Below, in pieces: positions 37,501-49,700 of a stretch of DNA of 64,000 nucleotides. The first letter of the stretch is position 1. The number at the start of each line of letters is the position of its first letter. Under the pieces are notes generated by a model. The model had not been told where the DNA came from and did no database searches. It saw nothing but the letters and a program-made list of their open reading frames with translations. This DNA is from Lytechinus pictus. Its lineage: Eukaryota. The stretch is from the NCBI RefSeq assembly GCF_037042905.1, contig NC_087252.1, forward strand, positions 17,238,001 to 17,302,000, in the 5' to 3' direction. The position numbers were made by a program, and so were the translations under genes.

Positions 37501-40500
37501 GTTTCTGTAGAAGTTATGAATGTCATACGTTGTACAGAAAACTAGTGTCTCTAGTAAGACTGCAAGAGCCATCGCAACATCATCTTCAAAATCATTAATG
37601 ATCTACGCCAGACGTTTGAAGGACGTAAAAGACCAATATTGTTTATTCCATCTTTATTTTGATTAGAAATTGGTGTTTAGCTGGTGCAAACAAAATTAAA
37701 TACCAAAATTGTGTTGATATAAGTGGCCACAATTATTTCAATGATGTGACGTAATGTGACAAAGTTTTAAGGTAGGGCCTCAGTTTTGGATAGGCTTACA
37801 GTGAGTTATTTCGGCCAAAGAATTCGAAAAAGTTGTTGTTGCTGAATTCGGCATATGTAACGTCAAAACATTTGTAACGGCCATTAAACTTACGAAATTT
37901 GAGCTAGGCACCCCCTCCCACTCCCTCTATCCAGTACCCTGGGAACGATTTTTGTTTTTATGCTGGGGGTGCTGAAGTAAATTTGACAAGCCAACAAAAA
38001 CAAACAAACAAAAAACTTTCACTACAAAGTGAAGGCTGTTTTGGCGCCAAGAAATTATTTGACAAGAAGCAAAAAATAAAATGGTTTTCACTACAAAATA
38101 TGAGTAATTTTCCCTACATTTTTCCAATTTGCCACATTTACCACAATTCCCGGGGGTGCTGCCTATGGAAATACACGCAGCACCCCCTGGGAAAATCTTG
38201 CTTCAGCACCCCCAGCACCCCTGCTTCCAAGGGCCATGCATCTATCCCACCAATTCTCCTGCATGTCCCTAAACCACTACCAGCGTGGCCAACGGTTCTT
38301 ACTTTAAATAATGATGCCAGTGGCTCACTATTATTGTTTTACATGTTATTATGGTCAAATAATGTCTTACCTCGTATTGTGCGCATGTATTGTACTACGT
38401 CAGATCGATTGGGCGAGTACTTTATTCATCCGTGTTTATTCTTGTTTCTGCTCGATCAGTGGCAATCGGAAGGCGATTGGAGTTTCACTACGACGCATCC
38501 TTCAACTACAACACGGGACTGGTCCGCTATCTAGACGTCGACCTCGTCGTGACTTTCAGAGAGGACGCCCGAACCACCTCGATCAAAGGAAAGAATCTCT
38601 GGAAGATGAGTGGGTGGGCGAGTTTCAACCAGGAAGGAAGTGGAACACAGATGATTTACGTCGACCAGATCCTTAATGAAGGCCTGCAATCAAAAACTTA
38701 CAAGAAGGGCAAAAAGTTCAAAATGAACAGTAAGCATTTTAGCAAACCGAACCTCGTCTGGAGGCGCATACCCGAATTGGCACTTTGATCAAAGATTCCC
38801 CACGTGTGGTATACGCGGTTGTTTGTTGCCAGGACGGGTTGTTTGTCCGCACAAGACGGCAATTTCAGGAACTTATTATTGCGATCAGTATGTCATCAAT
38901 AGACTGAAAGAAATATCAGAAAATGTTACCTAGCAAAAATGTCCACAACAATTTTTTTTCTATTCAATGCATGATTTTTGTTTTTTTAATCCAGACCAAA
39001 AGACTATGTTTTTATTAACTGCGTAGTGTCCGGACACCACTCCTCCCATCCTGTCAAATTTAGTGAGAAAGTGCCAATCCAGGACCTGTGTTGGAACTTT
39101 CTCAATATAATCGACACGCCACAAAATTGAAAACACATACATGAATTTTTGTTTCTTAGTTTAAATCAACTTTTTTATTGGGTGGACTTCATTTTGGGGG
39201 AAATATTAGGACAGTAGGGCTGTCTGAAAATAATGTTATTGAAGGCCCCCATTCCACAGAACGGAGACCATTGAAGACCTCGAAAGACCGACATTGACAA
39301 GGTCTTTCAGAAGTCTCCGGGATTAATGGTATTGAGGGTCTCTGCGGAATGGCTTCGGAAACCCCTGGAGAAATATCTGGATGACTGACTGATACTTTTT
39401 TTCTTGCTGAACTTTGGTTAATCCTAGAGTAATCTGTCAAATATCTTTCAGTACTCAATAGCATTTCATTGGTCTTTCAGATATCATGTTTATGCAACAA
39501 ATGATCTTCTGGCATTTGTCGAAAGATCATGGAAGTTAATTGAGAGACTATAATGGAAGAACACGCGGATAGACCATTTTCCTGAAAGACTATAGACAGT
39601 TTTCCTGAAAGACTGTGTTTTGAACCATTTCAAAATTTTGGATCCTATAAAAACCACGAAAGCCATTGCAAGATCGGTTCAGAATCTTGTAAAATCTTTG
39701 AGACTATTGAAAGTTCATTAAAAGACCACTGAAAGATCTAATCAGTTTCATCTATGGTATACCAGGGGTCTACACGTGGTTTGTTCTTTGTGGGATATCG
39801 GCGTTACTGGATCCCAATTTTAATAAAATATCATTATGATTATTTGGCATCAAATGGTTACAAAGATGACGATGCTCAACATCCATCGATCTCACGGTGC
39901 CATTAAAGTAACCATTGGATGAGAAAGTTACCATGATATAAACTTCAATGCAATGGGGTCATGGACTTTATTCAAATTATTTTCTCAGGAATTAAGTGAT
40001 GACTGATTTGTTTATCTTTTACTTTGCTAGATGCAAGGTATTATCTGGAGAATTACGAGTGCGAGGCAGTGCGCTACTTCTGTTTCACGTTCGGAAAAGG
40101 TGACGACCCGCAACCTGACAACGGAGTCGATTTCCAGTTACGAGGGGTCAACCACGATATAGTTCGATGCTTGGAAGCCCCGGGATGCTTACGTGAGTAT
40201 ACTGTGCTCCAAAAATGATTTTTGAATGCCTGGCATATATATCAAGGGCGTCATGCATTCTTCCAACAATTTAATTTGAATGTACAGTATACGAAAATAA
40301 AGGTGACGAAATACAAATATTTAAAGCATACAAATGTATAGAAATATTCGGGTGGCTGAACACAAGTCTAACAAAACATTGGGAGTTGTAGAATTTTAAG
40401 AAAACTGAGTAATCATGATTGTGATAGATCGTAAGTTGTGGAATTTATGCTAATTGCTGATAAGATTAACTATTCTTGTTTGTTTATTTATTTTATTTAT

Positions 40501-41861
40501 TTATTTGATTCATTCATTTATTTATTTCCACATGCAAAAAACAAATCATAATGTTATTACGATGTAATATTAGTGCACGAAGTGGGAAGGTCGCTAAAAG
40601 CTTGTCAAGAGAGACACCAAAAACAATGCTCCTTGTAATATAAATGGTACATATCAAAATCGTACAAATTCGATATGAATTGTTTTCGTTTTTAGTTTTT
40701 TCGAAGTTGTATTTTTAAATGTCGTATAGTATTGTATTATATAGTCTTGGATCATATAGTATTGAATCATAAAAACACATGTAGGTGACAGAATTCGTCA
40801 AGTCAGAACATACAGGTGACGAGGAACTGGTTAGTCGGAAGAATTAGCTAGCCGTTCTGTCTGAGCACTTCTTGCAATCCTTGTTTTTTACAATTTAAAG
40901 ATACATTTCATTATAATCATATTTAATTTAAAATGTTTAACGGTATCTGGTGTCTCTAGCTGACGAAGAACTGGATAGTTTTTGGGTGGACCCGGATGCC
41001 CCAGTAGTAACAACAACACTACCTCCACCAACAACAACGCAGCCGCCCACTACATCTACACTGCCACCAACAACCACAACTGTAAGAACAACCACCACCA
41101 CTACTCGGCGCCCTCCTCCCGAGACGAACCAGGTGGATGGAACCGACAGAGACAATAACGGAGCATCGGGGAAAGGCAAGGGGAAGGGCAAGGGCAAAGG
41201 AAAGGGCAAAGACAGAGGTGGAGGTGGTGGAGTAAGTCGTCCCGATCCATGGGCACCTGTCTACTCGGAAGTTGAACCACGCCCTCCACGTCCGTGTGTC
41301 ACACGCAGCGCAGAGCACGGACATGGGGAAAGATGGAGGACAGATCCGTGTACCAAGTGTAAATGCAACGACGCGGCAATTCGTTGTGTCATCAAGAGTT
41401 GTCCACCCTACTATTGCTTCGACCCGATTTTCGTGGATGACCAGTGTTGTCCATTCTGTCCAGCAAGTAAGTTGCATCGAACTGGCATGTGTACCTGTTA
41501 AATATTCCCACCGCCCACTTTTTCTTTCTCTCAGACAATCAGATCCTAGGATTTTCCTTTTTTATATTTTATATTTCTGTTTTATCATGTTGCATGCCAG
41601 AACTTTAGAACTATTTTTTGCCCCCTATATAGTTTTAAACTTCACGATCTGTACTTATTTTTCCGTTTATAGTCTATTTTGTACATAGTTGTAAATAAAA
41701 AAAATTATATTGTGGAAATGATCAATTTAATTTTATTTCATTGATATTTTATCACCACCACCACCACCATCATCATGTTCATCATTGTTGCCATCATGTT
41801 CATCATTGATATGCCCATTACATTTTATTTCATTGATTTTTTCACCATCATTATCTCGAAC

Positions 41862-41892
<31 letters not shown>

Positions 41893-42421
41893 CCACCATT
41901 ACTACCATCATCAGCAGCAGCATCCTCATCATCATTACCATATTGATATGAGTCCATTTCATTTACCTCCACAATCAGATGTTGTCGTTACTCGAGTGGC
42001 CCCGTCTCTCATGTCCAACATCAGAGAGCTAACACTCGGTCAACGTTTCCAGCTCACTTTCATGGTGAATGTGACCTTTAGGGATTCCTGGGACACGACT
42101 AGTGTCTCTGGAGAGGACCTGTGGAAGCTCTCCGTGTGGACCAGCCGCAAACCGGAAGGGACTAACCCCAACAACATGGTAGACCAAGTCCTCAGCGATC
42201 AGCAGCGGGTAAAGAAGTATATCTGGGGGAAACCTTTCGCGTTCAAAGGCGTCGGGTACGAGCTACAAGTCAACAACTGCCCGGATGTCCGCTTCGTCTG
42301 CGTCAAGTTCGGCCAGTCGGAAAACCCGCAAACCAAACATGGCTTTGGTTTCTTCCTGGAGACGCTTCCCAATGATCATGTCCTGGAAGTCTGTATTCGT
42401 CTTCCGGACTGTACGATATAA
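28421..42421 (+). CDS. Secreted VWC-domain (kielin/chordin-type cysteine-rich repeat) protein, ~789 aa; exons 28421-28529, 34425-34646, 35248-35691, 37124-37336, 38460-38729, 40031-40192, 40960-41466, 41979-42421
   Basis: Eight exons join in one frame (2370 nt, all introns phase 1, GT-AG). Signal peptide, three VWC domains each followed by a repeated ~145 aa module, stop at 42419-42421. Confidence 0.85.
32022..32314. mobile_element. hAT-like MITE nested in a larger element (~31489-32985)
   Basis: TSD ATTCTAAG at 32014-32021 and 32315-32322; TIR core GGCGGAAATC. Confidence 0.75.
34425..34646 (+). CDS. Exon 2, VWC domain 1 (8 Cys)
   Basis: CTFKGEMY..W...ECHC..C..C..C..CPIC; gacag| and |gtgagt. 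Confidence 0.88.
35248..35691 (+). CDS. Exon 3, repeated module copy 1
   Basis: TTSVTGKRLWKVSAWGS, YVDQVL, CEAVRYIC; gattag| and |gtaagt. Confidence 0.88.
37124..37336 (+). CDS. Exon 4, VWC domain 2
   Basis: 10 Cys with CxxCxC and CCxxC; cccag| and |gtaagt. Confidence 0.9.
38460..38729 (+). CDS. Exon 5, module copy 2 N-half
   Basis: TTSIKGKNLWKMSGWAS, YVDQIL; atcag| and |gtaagc. Confidence 0.85.
40031..40192 (+). CDS. Exon 6, module copy 2 C-half
   Basis: CEAVRYFC...CLEAPGC; tgctag| and |gtgagt. Confidence 0.87.
40960..41466 (+). CDS. Exon 7, Thr/Pro-rich and (GK)7 linker plus VWC domain 3
   Basis: WRTDPCTKCKC...CCPFC; ctctag| and |gtaagt. Confidence 0.9.
41979..42421 (+). CDS. Exon 8, module copy 3 and stop
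   Basis: TTSVSGEDLWKLSVWTS, VDQVL, CPDVRFVC, CIRLPDC; aatcag| acceptor. Confidence 0.88.
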
Positions 42422-42732
42422 AGTTATTCAAGAAATATTTCAAAACAAAATCATGACGGAGAGACTATTTGTGATGTGTTGGAAACTCGTTATGGGTCTA
42501 GTTGTTTAAAGTTTTAAGTCAAGTTTTAATTGACGTTTTGAGATCCTATTGCCTGTGGCTCGATTGGGGAGCTGAGAAATAATCATAGAAGTCATTCTTT
42601 GCTAGTACAAGGCGACCTATTGCGTATCGACTCGACAGACTGAGGGATTTGCCACAAAATACAGAAGAACTATTTCATCATCGCTCCACAATTCATGGTA
42701 CTCTGCGGATGCAGTCAGTTAGCACTATTTAA

Positions 42733-42738
42733 AATAAA
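42733..42738 (+). terminator. Candidate poly(A) signal of the VWC gene
   Basis: AATAAA ~310 nt after the stop, with a GT/T-rich tract downstream. Confidence 0.45.
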
Positions 42739-42922
42739 GCGAATGGCGGACGGTTTACCACAGGAATGTTTTATACTTTGTTTATTTTATGCGATTTTCT
42801 TTCCTTATCACTTTTTTACAATTTAGAGATTGGTAAGGAACCTGGTCCTCAAAGGGGAGGGTGACAATGTGACCAGCCTCCCGAAAACCAACAATAAGTC
42901 GCCAGGGAAGCTTGCCCATAAT

Positions 42923-45900
42923 TAGTAGACTTGTTAAGAGGGTGAACGCTGCATTTTTGAGTACAAATGTCCCACTTGGCACAAATGTTCCTTGAGTCAA
43001 AAGAAAAATTTTCATCCAAAGAGACACGCTGTATCTATGCAAATAAGCAAGTAATTTGCATAAATTTGCATATTATGTCGATATAGTAAAAACAAGTATT
43101 TCAGAATATATATTTAACCAGAACTGCCCTAAAATTGGACATAAAGACTTAGGGTAAGAAAGGGAAGAAAATTGTCATTAAAAAATTGGGATATCCTTGT
43201 TTATTATTACCTAATTTACATAAATTATGCAAATTATAATTTAAAACAGAGTATTTTTTCATGAATCCTGAACTGCTTTTAAAAAACAGCAACTAATACA
43301 CAATGTCAACATTCTACATGAAAGAGAATATATTAGCGAAAACATCGATATGCTTCATGACAGTATTAGTGTCTTAATTTGCTTAGAAAGAGGGCAAATA
43401 TGTCAAAATGTATGACGTGATATTGCGCTAAAACGAGACCAAAACAATCTCTATGTCACAGTCACACTCACGAATCGGACAATAAAGCGATCAATGGTAT
43501 GTCATTCGAGATAACACAATCTCAACACAATAGCTTCCATCGGCTTCTCGTATTGCTTTTGTTGGTGTGTCTGCCACACCGTAATCTATGATACATACGG
43601 ACAAAATGCATTTCGGTATCGGTAAAACACTATTAATTTTGTTTTATTTGTTTCTAATTTGTTTCTCTTGGAAAATTTACAGGAGACATTGCTTTGCAGG
43701 TTACTGCTTTAATGAAACTCTGGCACATGAATCATGACGAATGTATCCTACCTCAATCCATATTTTAACTTTATTAAAATATATATCTTTTTGGAGACCC
43801 CGAGGTGACAAAACTGCATCCCCCTGCATTCCCGCCACTTTACCAAACCAGTTTGACTTGTATAATCGACTTGGAAAAGACAGATGTATGAGACATCAGT
43901 CAACATGTTTCCTGAAGAAAGTTTTTTGTTTTTGTTTATTTAAGCCTACGCCCACGGGAGCCCTCCGAATTTACCCCATCCCCTCTCCGTATTTCGACTT
44001 TAAATAAAAAAAACCATCGGCAAGGCAAATTGCGTTTTTTGGTATAATAAAGCAACTTTTATATCTATATTTTTATATTTACATTCATCATTATTGATAT
44101 TATTATAATTATTATTAATATTATTATTATTATTATTATTATTATTACTGTTGTTATTATTATTATTATTATTGTTCTGCCATTTGTAATAGTGCTCTAG
44201 CACAGTAAAGGCTATAACCCAACAGGAGCATGCCTAGGATACCCTCTCCCTTTTTGGTTTTATGTATTCAAAAATAGTTTATTGTCTTTAGAACTCTTAA
44301 AATATTACTTTTGTTTGTATTGATATCTTGGAATAGATTGAGGAGAAAATACTCTACAACTGACATGTAGAGGAGCTGTGGTACATTGAAGAACAGCCAC
44401 ACAGCCCTTTATTGATTCCACTCTGTTAAATTTAAATATTTTTAGAGCCCAATCGGAAGAAAGATGCATTTCTACTACACAAAGTAAAGCCTCTTTGCAT
44501 TCTTCTCTTGAAAAAAAAAAAACATAGAAGGCATTGTTTTATATCTCATAAAATAAGTTCGTGTACGTGACGGTGGCCTGTCGAAGTTGCCCAACCGTTT
44601 ATTTTGTTTTGACAATATATATTTAGAATATCGTCTAAATGAAACCCTCATCTGGAAAAGGGCACTTGTTAAAGGCAGCATCTACATTATATAGAGGAGG
44701 CCCTGGCACTGGGAAGAGGGGGCTGAAGCTTGTTAAATTTCTTCGGACCAAGATTTTACATTGAAACTTTTTTTGCTTTTCAAATTTACATCAAGAAATT
44801 TAACAAGCAAATAAACAAAATTGATTGCACTACAAAATGAAGGGTTTTTTTTTTGGTAACGTTTCTTTTTTTTCGTTTTGTCACATCTGCCGGAATTCCA
44901 GGGGGTGCTGTCTATGGAGAATAACACACGCAGCACAGCCCCCCCCCCTTCAGAAAAATCTTGTGGGTGCTTCAGCCCCCGCTTCCAAGTACCAGGGCCT
45001 CCTCTATATAATGTAGATGCTGCCTTTAATAAGTGCCCTTTTCCAGATGAGGGCTTCATTTAGACGATATTATAAATATATATTGTCAAAACAAAATAAA
45101 GGGTTGGGCAACTTCGACAGGCCACCGTCATGTACACGAACTTATTTTATGCGATATAAAACAATGCCTTCTATGTTCTTTTTTTTTCAAGAGGAGAAAG
45201 TAAAGAGGCTTTACTGTGTGTAGTAAAAATGTATCTTTCTTCCGAATGGACTCTAAAAATATTTAAATTTAATATAGAGTGGAATCAATAAAGGGGTATT
45301 TTAGAGCTTACGTGTGGCTTTTCTTCAATGTACCACAGCTCTTCTACATGTCAATTGTAGAGTATTTTCACCTCAATCTATTCCAAGATTTGAGTTCTAA
45401 AGACAATAAACTATTTTTGAATACATAAAACCAAAAGAGGAAAGGGTATCCCAGGCATGCTCCTGTTGGGTTATAGCCTTTACTGTGCTAGAGCATTATC
45501 ACAAACTGCAAAACAACAACAATAATAATAATAATAACAATAATAATAATAATAATAATATTAATGATAATAATAATATTAATATAGATAAATATGAAAT
45601 ATAGATATAAAAGTTGCTTTATTATACCAAAAACGCAATTTGCCTTGCCGGTGGCTTTAAAACACGATATTTTTTTTATGTAGTGTCGAAATACAGAGAG
45701 GGGATGGGGTAAATTCGGAGGGCTCCCATGGACGTTTATAGGCTTAAATAAAAATATAAAAAAACTGTCATCTGGAAACATGTTAACTGATGTCTCATAC
45801 ATCTGTCTTTTCCAAGTCGATAATACAAGTCAAACTGGTTTTGTAAAGTAGCGGAAATGCCGCGGGGAATGCAGTTTTGCCACTTCGGGGTCTCCAAAAG

Positions 45901-46782
45901 ATATATATTTTAATAAAGTTAAAATATGGATTGAGCTAGGTGGGGTACATTTGTCATGATTCATGTGCCAGAGCTTCATTAAAGCAGTAACCTGCAAAGC
46001 AATGTCTCCTGTAAATTTTCCAAGAGAAACAAATTAGAAACAAATAAAACAAAATTAATAGTGTTTTACCGATACCGAAATGCATTTTGCCCGTATATAC
46101 CATAGATTACGGTGTGGCAGACACACCAACAAAAGCGATACGAGAAGCCGATGGAAGCTATTGTGTTGAGATTGTGTTATCTCGAATGACATACGTACAT
46201 TGATCGCTTTATTGTCCGATTCGTGAGTGTGACTATGACATAGAGGTTGTTTTGGTCTCGTTTTAGCGCAATATCACGTCATACATTTTGACATATTTGC
46301 CCTCTTTCTAAGCAAATTAAGACACTAATACTGTCATGAAGCATATCGATGTTTTCGCTAATATATTCTCTTTCATGTAGAATGTTGACATTGTGTATTA
46401 ATTGCTGTTATTTATAAAACAGTTCAGGATTCATGAAAAAATACTTTGTTTTAAATTATAATTTGCATAATTTATGTAAATTAGGTAATAATAAACAAGG
46501 ATATCCCAATTATTTTATGACAATTTTCTTCCCTTTCTTACCCTAAGTCTTTATGTCCAATTTTAGGGCAGTTCTGGTTAAAAATATATTCTGAAATACT
46601 TGTTTTTACTATATCGACATAATATGCAAATTTATGCAAATTACTTGCTTATTTGCATAGATATAGCGTGTCTCTTTGGATGAATCCTTTTCTTTTGACT
46701 CAAGGAACATTTGTGCCAAGTGGGACATTTGTACTAAAAAATGCAGCGTTCACCCCTTTTTTTGCAGTTAACAAGTCTACTA
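42923..46782. mobile_element. 3.86 kb foldback element with ~1.8 kb inverted arms (possibly Academ-like, non-autonomous)
   Basis: 42923-44729 is the reverse complement of 44969-46782 with scattered mismatches and indels; termini TAGTAGAC...GTCTACTA flanked by AAT. Confidence 0.9.
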
Positions 46783-49700
46783 AATTACATGTATACTAAT
46801 TTGTTCTTCAAATAGAAAAAAAGAAAAATAAAAAACCTAGAAGAGTAGCCTTCTTTTCCCCTTCATACTGTCAACATTTCAAATTGCAAAGGTAAATCAA
46901 AGACAACATACAAAAGTTTCCTTGACACAAGTATTTTTTTCCGAACTGCTTGGAAGTTTCATTGAAATTGCAAAGTGTGCATATCTTATGCTTGAGTTGA
47001 ACCCATAACTTCAAAAGTATTTTTCTCCATATTTTTTTATTAGCACTCACTTTGATTCTACTGCATTCAATCAAATACTTGTGTTGGTTATTGTCGATCA
47101 ATTTCGACTGGTTATACAGTATATCATTTACAAACTTAGGATGTTTTTTTTTTCACACTCAAATCTCAAAATTAATTTTGGGCGACTTGGTTCTTAGGAT
47201 GGCTGGTTAATTCCAATTGACATGATGAGCATGACTACCAAAACCTTATAATGCACACTATGCCATGGGGATGTAAAGACAAATAAATATCACAAATTAT
47301 TAAAAAGCAAATAACGAAATGTTGTAGATACAAAAGTCATCCACTTTGCAAAATATATAAATTACAAATGCCAAGGTTCGCAATGACGTGCATTACCCTT
47401 AAAGCAGGTTACCCAATAAGGTATTAATCAATGACTTATATATTCTCCCTAAAAATCAATAAAATGGTGCTACTTGTACTTAAGATACCACGGACTAAAG
47501 CATTATGGGTGCTCTAGCATAGGCAAAAGTTAAAATAACATACTAATGTTGAGTACTATACTGTAAAAAAATTATGTTGGTAAAAAAAAGTCTTCCACAA
47601 TTTGAAATGACATTCAGAGAAATTTTCATCATTTATTTTTCGAAAGGTTAGACAAATTTAACACTTGGCTCATTATTTGGACTTCATGAGCCCGTTTCTT
47701 ATAGACTTACAAGCACGATGTTGTTATTATTGTAATTACCATGGAACCCTTGATTTTATAATTGTGATTAGCTGTTTAGCCCTGTTACCACGGAAATTAC
47801 CCCCAACAGGCCCCAAACCTTAGTGCCAGTCGTCAAATCATTCACTAAAGAAAACAGCCATGAAACAGCCATCGGAATATAAAGGGGAAGATGCAGTTAA
47901 AGGTACTCCCAATTTATACAATTTTTTTACTTGTTATACTTACCCTTTTACACTTCATATTCCAATTTAACCAATTCAACATCCATGTTTTTTTAATTAC
48001 TATAATACGTATATAGAATGTATCCGTTTAAGTTGAACCTTCTCCCTCATACATTGAAACTATACCATTTTTGGTTTACATATGGGAATATTATTTTGGT
48101 GTTTTAGCCAAAACCTTTTAGTTTATTAATATATTTATATAGAATCATTATTACTATGCTGCATGGCTTTCTTTATCTATCTCTTTCTATACCCCTCTCT
48201 CTTACTACATCTTTGTACCCCCCCCCCTCTCTCTCCTGTTCAATCAAAATAATGTTCGATCATATTCTATACATTTATACATAATTCTATTATTCTACAC
48301 CTGCGTGCTAAGCTTCTATCCTGAGCTAAATGCATGCAATGCCGTAGGTACATTCAACAAGGTATCATCGTTCATGTACTTATATTCGTCAATAATCAGC
48401 ATTTACAATCAGAAATGTTGACAATAAAATCATCTGATAAACATCCACTGTGCAGCTTTGTCATTATGATGTCTTTGTTAGATATTAGGGCATTTTAGCC
48501 ATCACTTCGCACACGCTTTCGATAACGCAGAGAATGTATTTGTCAAAAGCCCTTCATAACAAAACAGACTTTGTCGAAAATCGAATCAAAGCAGCAGTGT
48601 CGTCACGGACTCTGGACAAACGACACATTTTCCATTTTAAGGCCAGTTCACCAATTTTCGATAATGACTTCTAATCTGTCCATTTGACGGGCATTTCAAA
48701 ATACTTTGAACATTTCAGAAAGCGTCTACGAAGTGGATGCTAAAACACGTTATTATCGCCTAAAAATCATTATCCATACCGATCGAATTTTGATAATGTT
48801 GAGTGTTTGTCAAACTCGAATAAGGTGGAAGCAACTGTCGTTAGTTACATACAAAAAGCTAGTTAATTAACGACGCAGCAAAAATAGGCACATCAATAGT
48901 TTCTTAATTGAATGAATTTTTCATTCATTGATTTTCAAATAGTGAGAAAGGGATTTTTTTTTTCAGACTTCTGTATTCCCCTTATTATTCAGTTGGAACG
49001 AATAACGTCATCGGCAAGTCGTCTTCATGTTCTTATAATTTGCAGTTTATTTTGTTTTGCAGATGATACCAGTGTTTTTCATTGAGATGATTATAGACAA
49101 TCTTATTATTATATCCAATAACATGAATAATGAGATATTTAGCTCGTGGCTGATTGTTAACAAGCTTGTTTTGAACATGAAAAAAAACCCGTAATATATT
49201 AATTTTACAAACAAGCAAACAAGTAATACTCAATAGGTGACATTATAAATGTCCAGGGGAGGAAGTGCCCCACTACCCCCCCCCCTCCCTCTATTGGCGG
49301 CACAAAAAAGGAAGGAGCATATGGGTAAAAAGGAGAGAAGAAAAGGATAAAAAAAGAAAGAGAAGGGAGAAATTTGGATGAACTAAGTGGAGATGAATAA
49401 TTCGAAAAAAGGGGAAAACTTAAAGATTAAAATTCGCTCGCGCTTCGCGCTCGCAATTTTGTCTCTTTAAAGAGATAAATTGTTTATCAAGAATGACAAA
49501 ATAAAATGGATTGACTACCGTAGTACTTGTTAGATAATCATTCCTGAACATTATCTTGTTACACGGGAGACATGTTCTTATTTACATAATTGCTTCACTT
49601 AATTAAGAAAAAAGGAAAATATTGTAAGTCCCCCTATTGAATATTCATAACGACATGCATAAAAATTAATGTTACCAAACTCAGGGGCTGCGGAACGGTT

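Noticed and set aside
44475..45223. Pair of similar 68-aa ORFs on opposite strands
   Set aside because: Consequence of the palindrome arms; no recognisable protein features.
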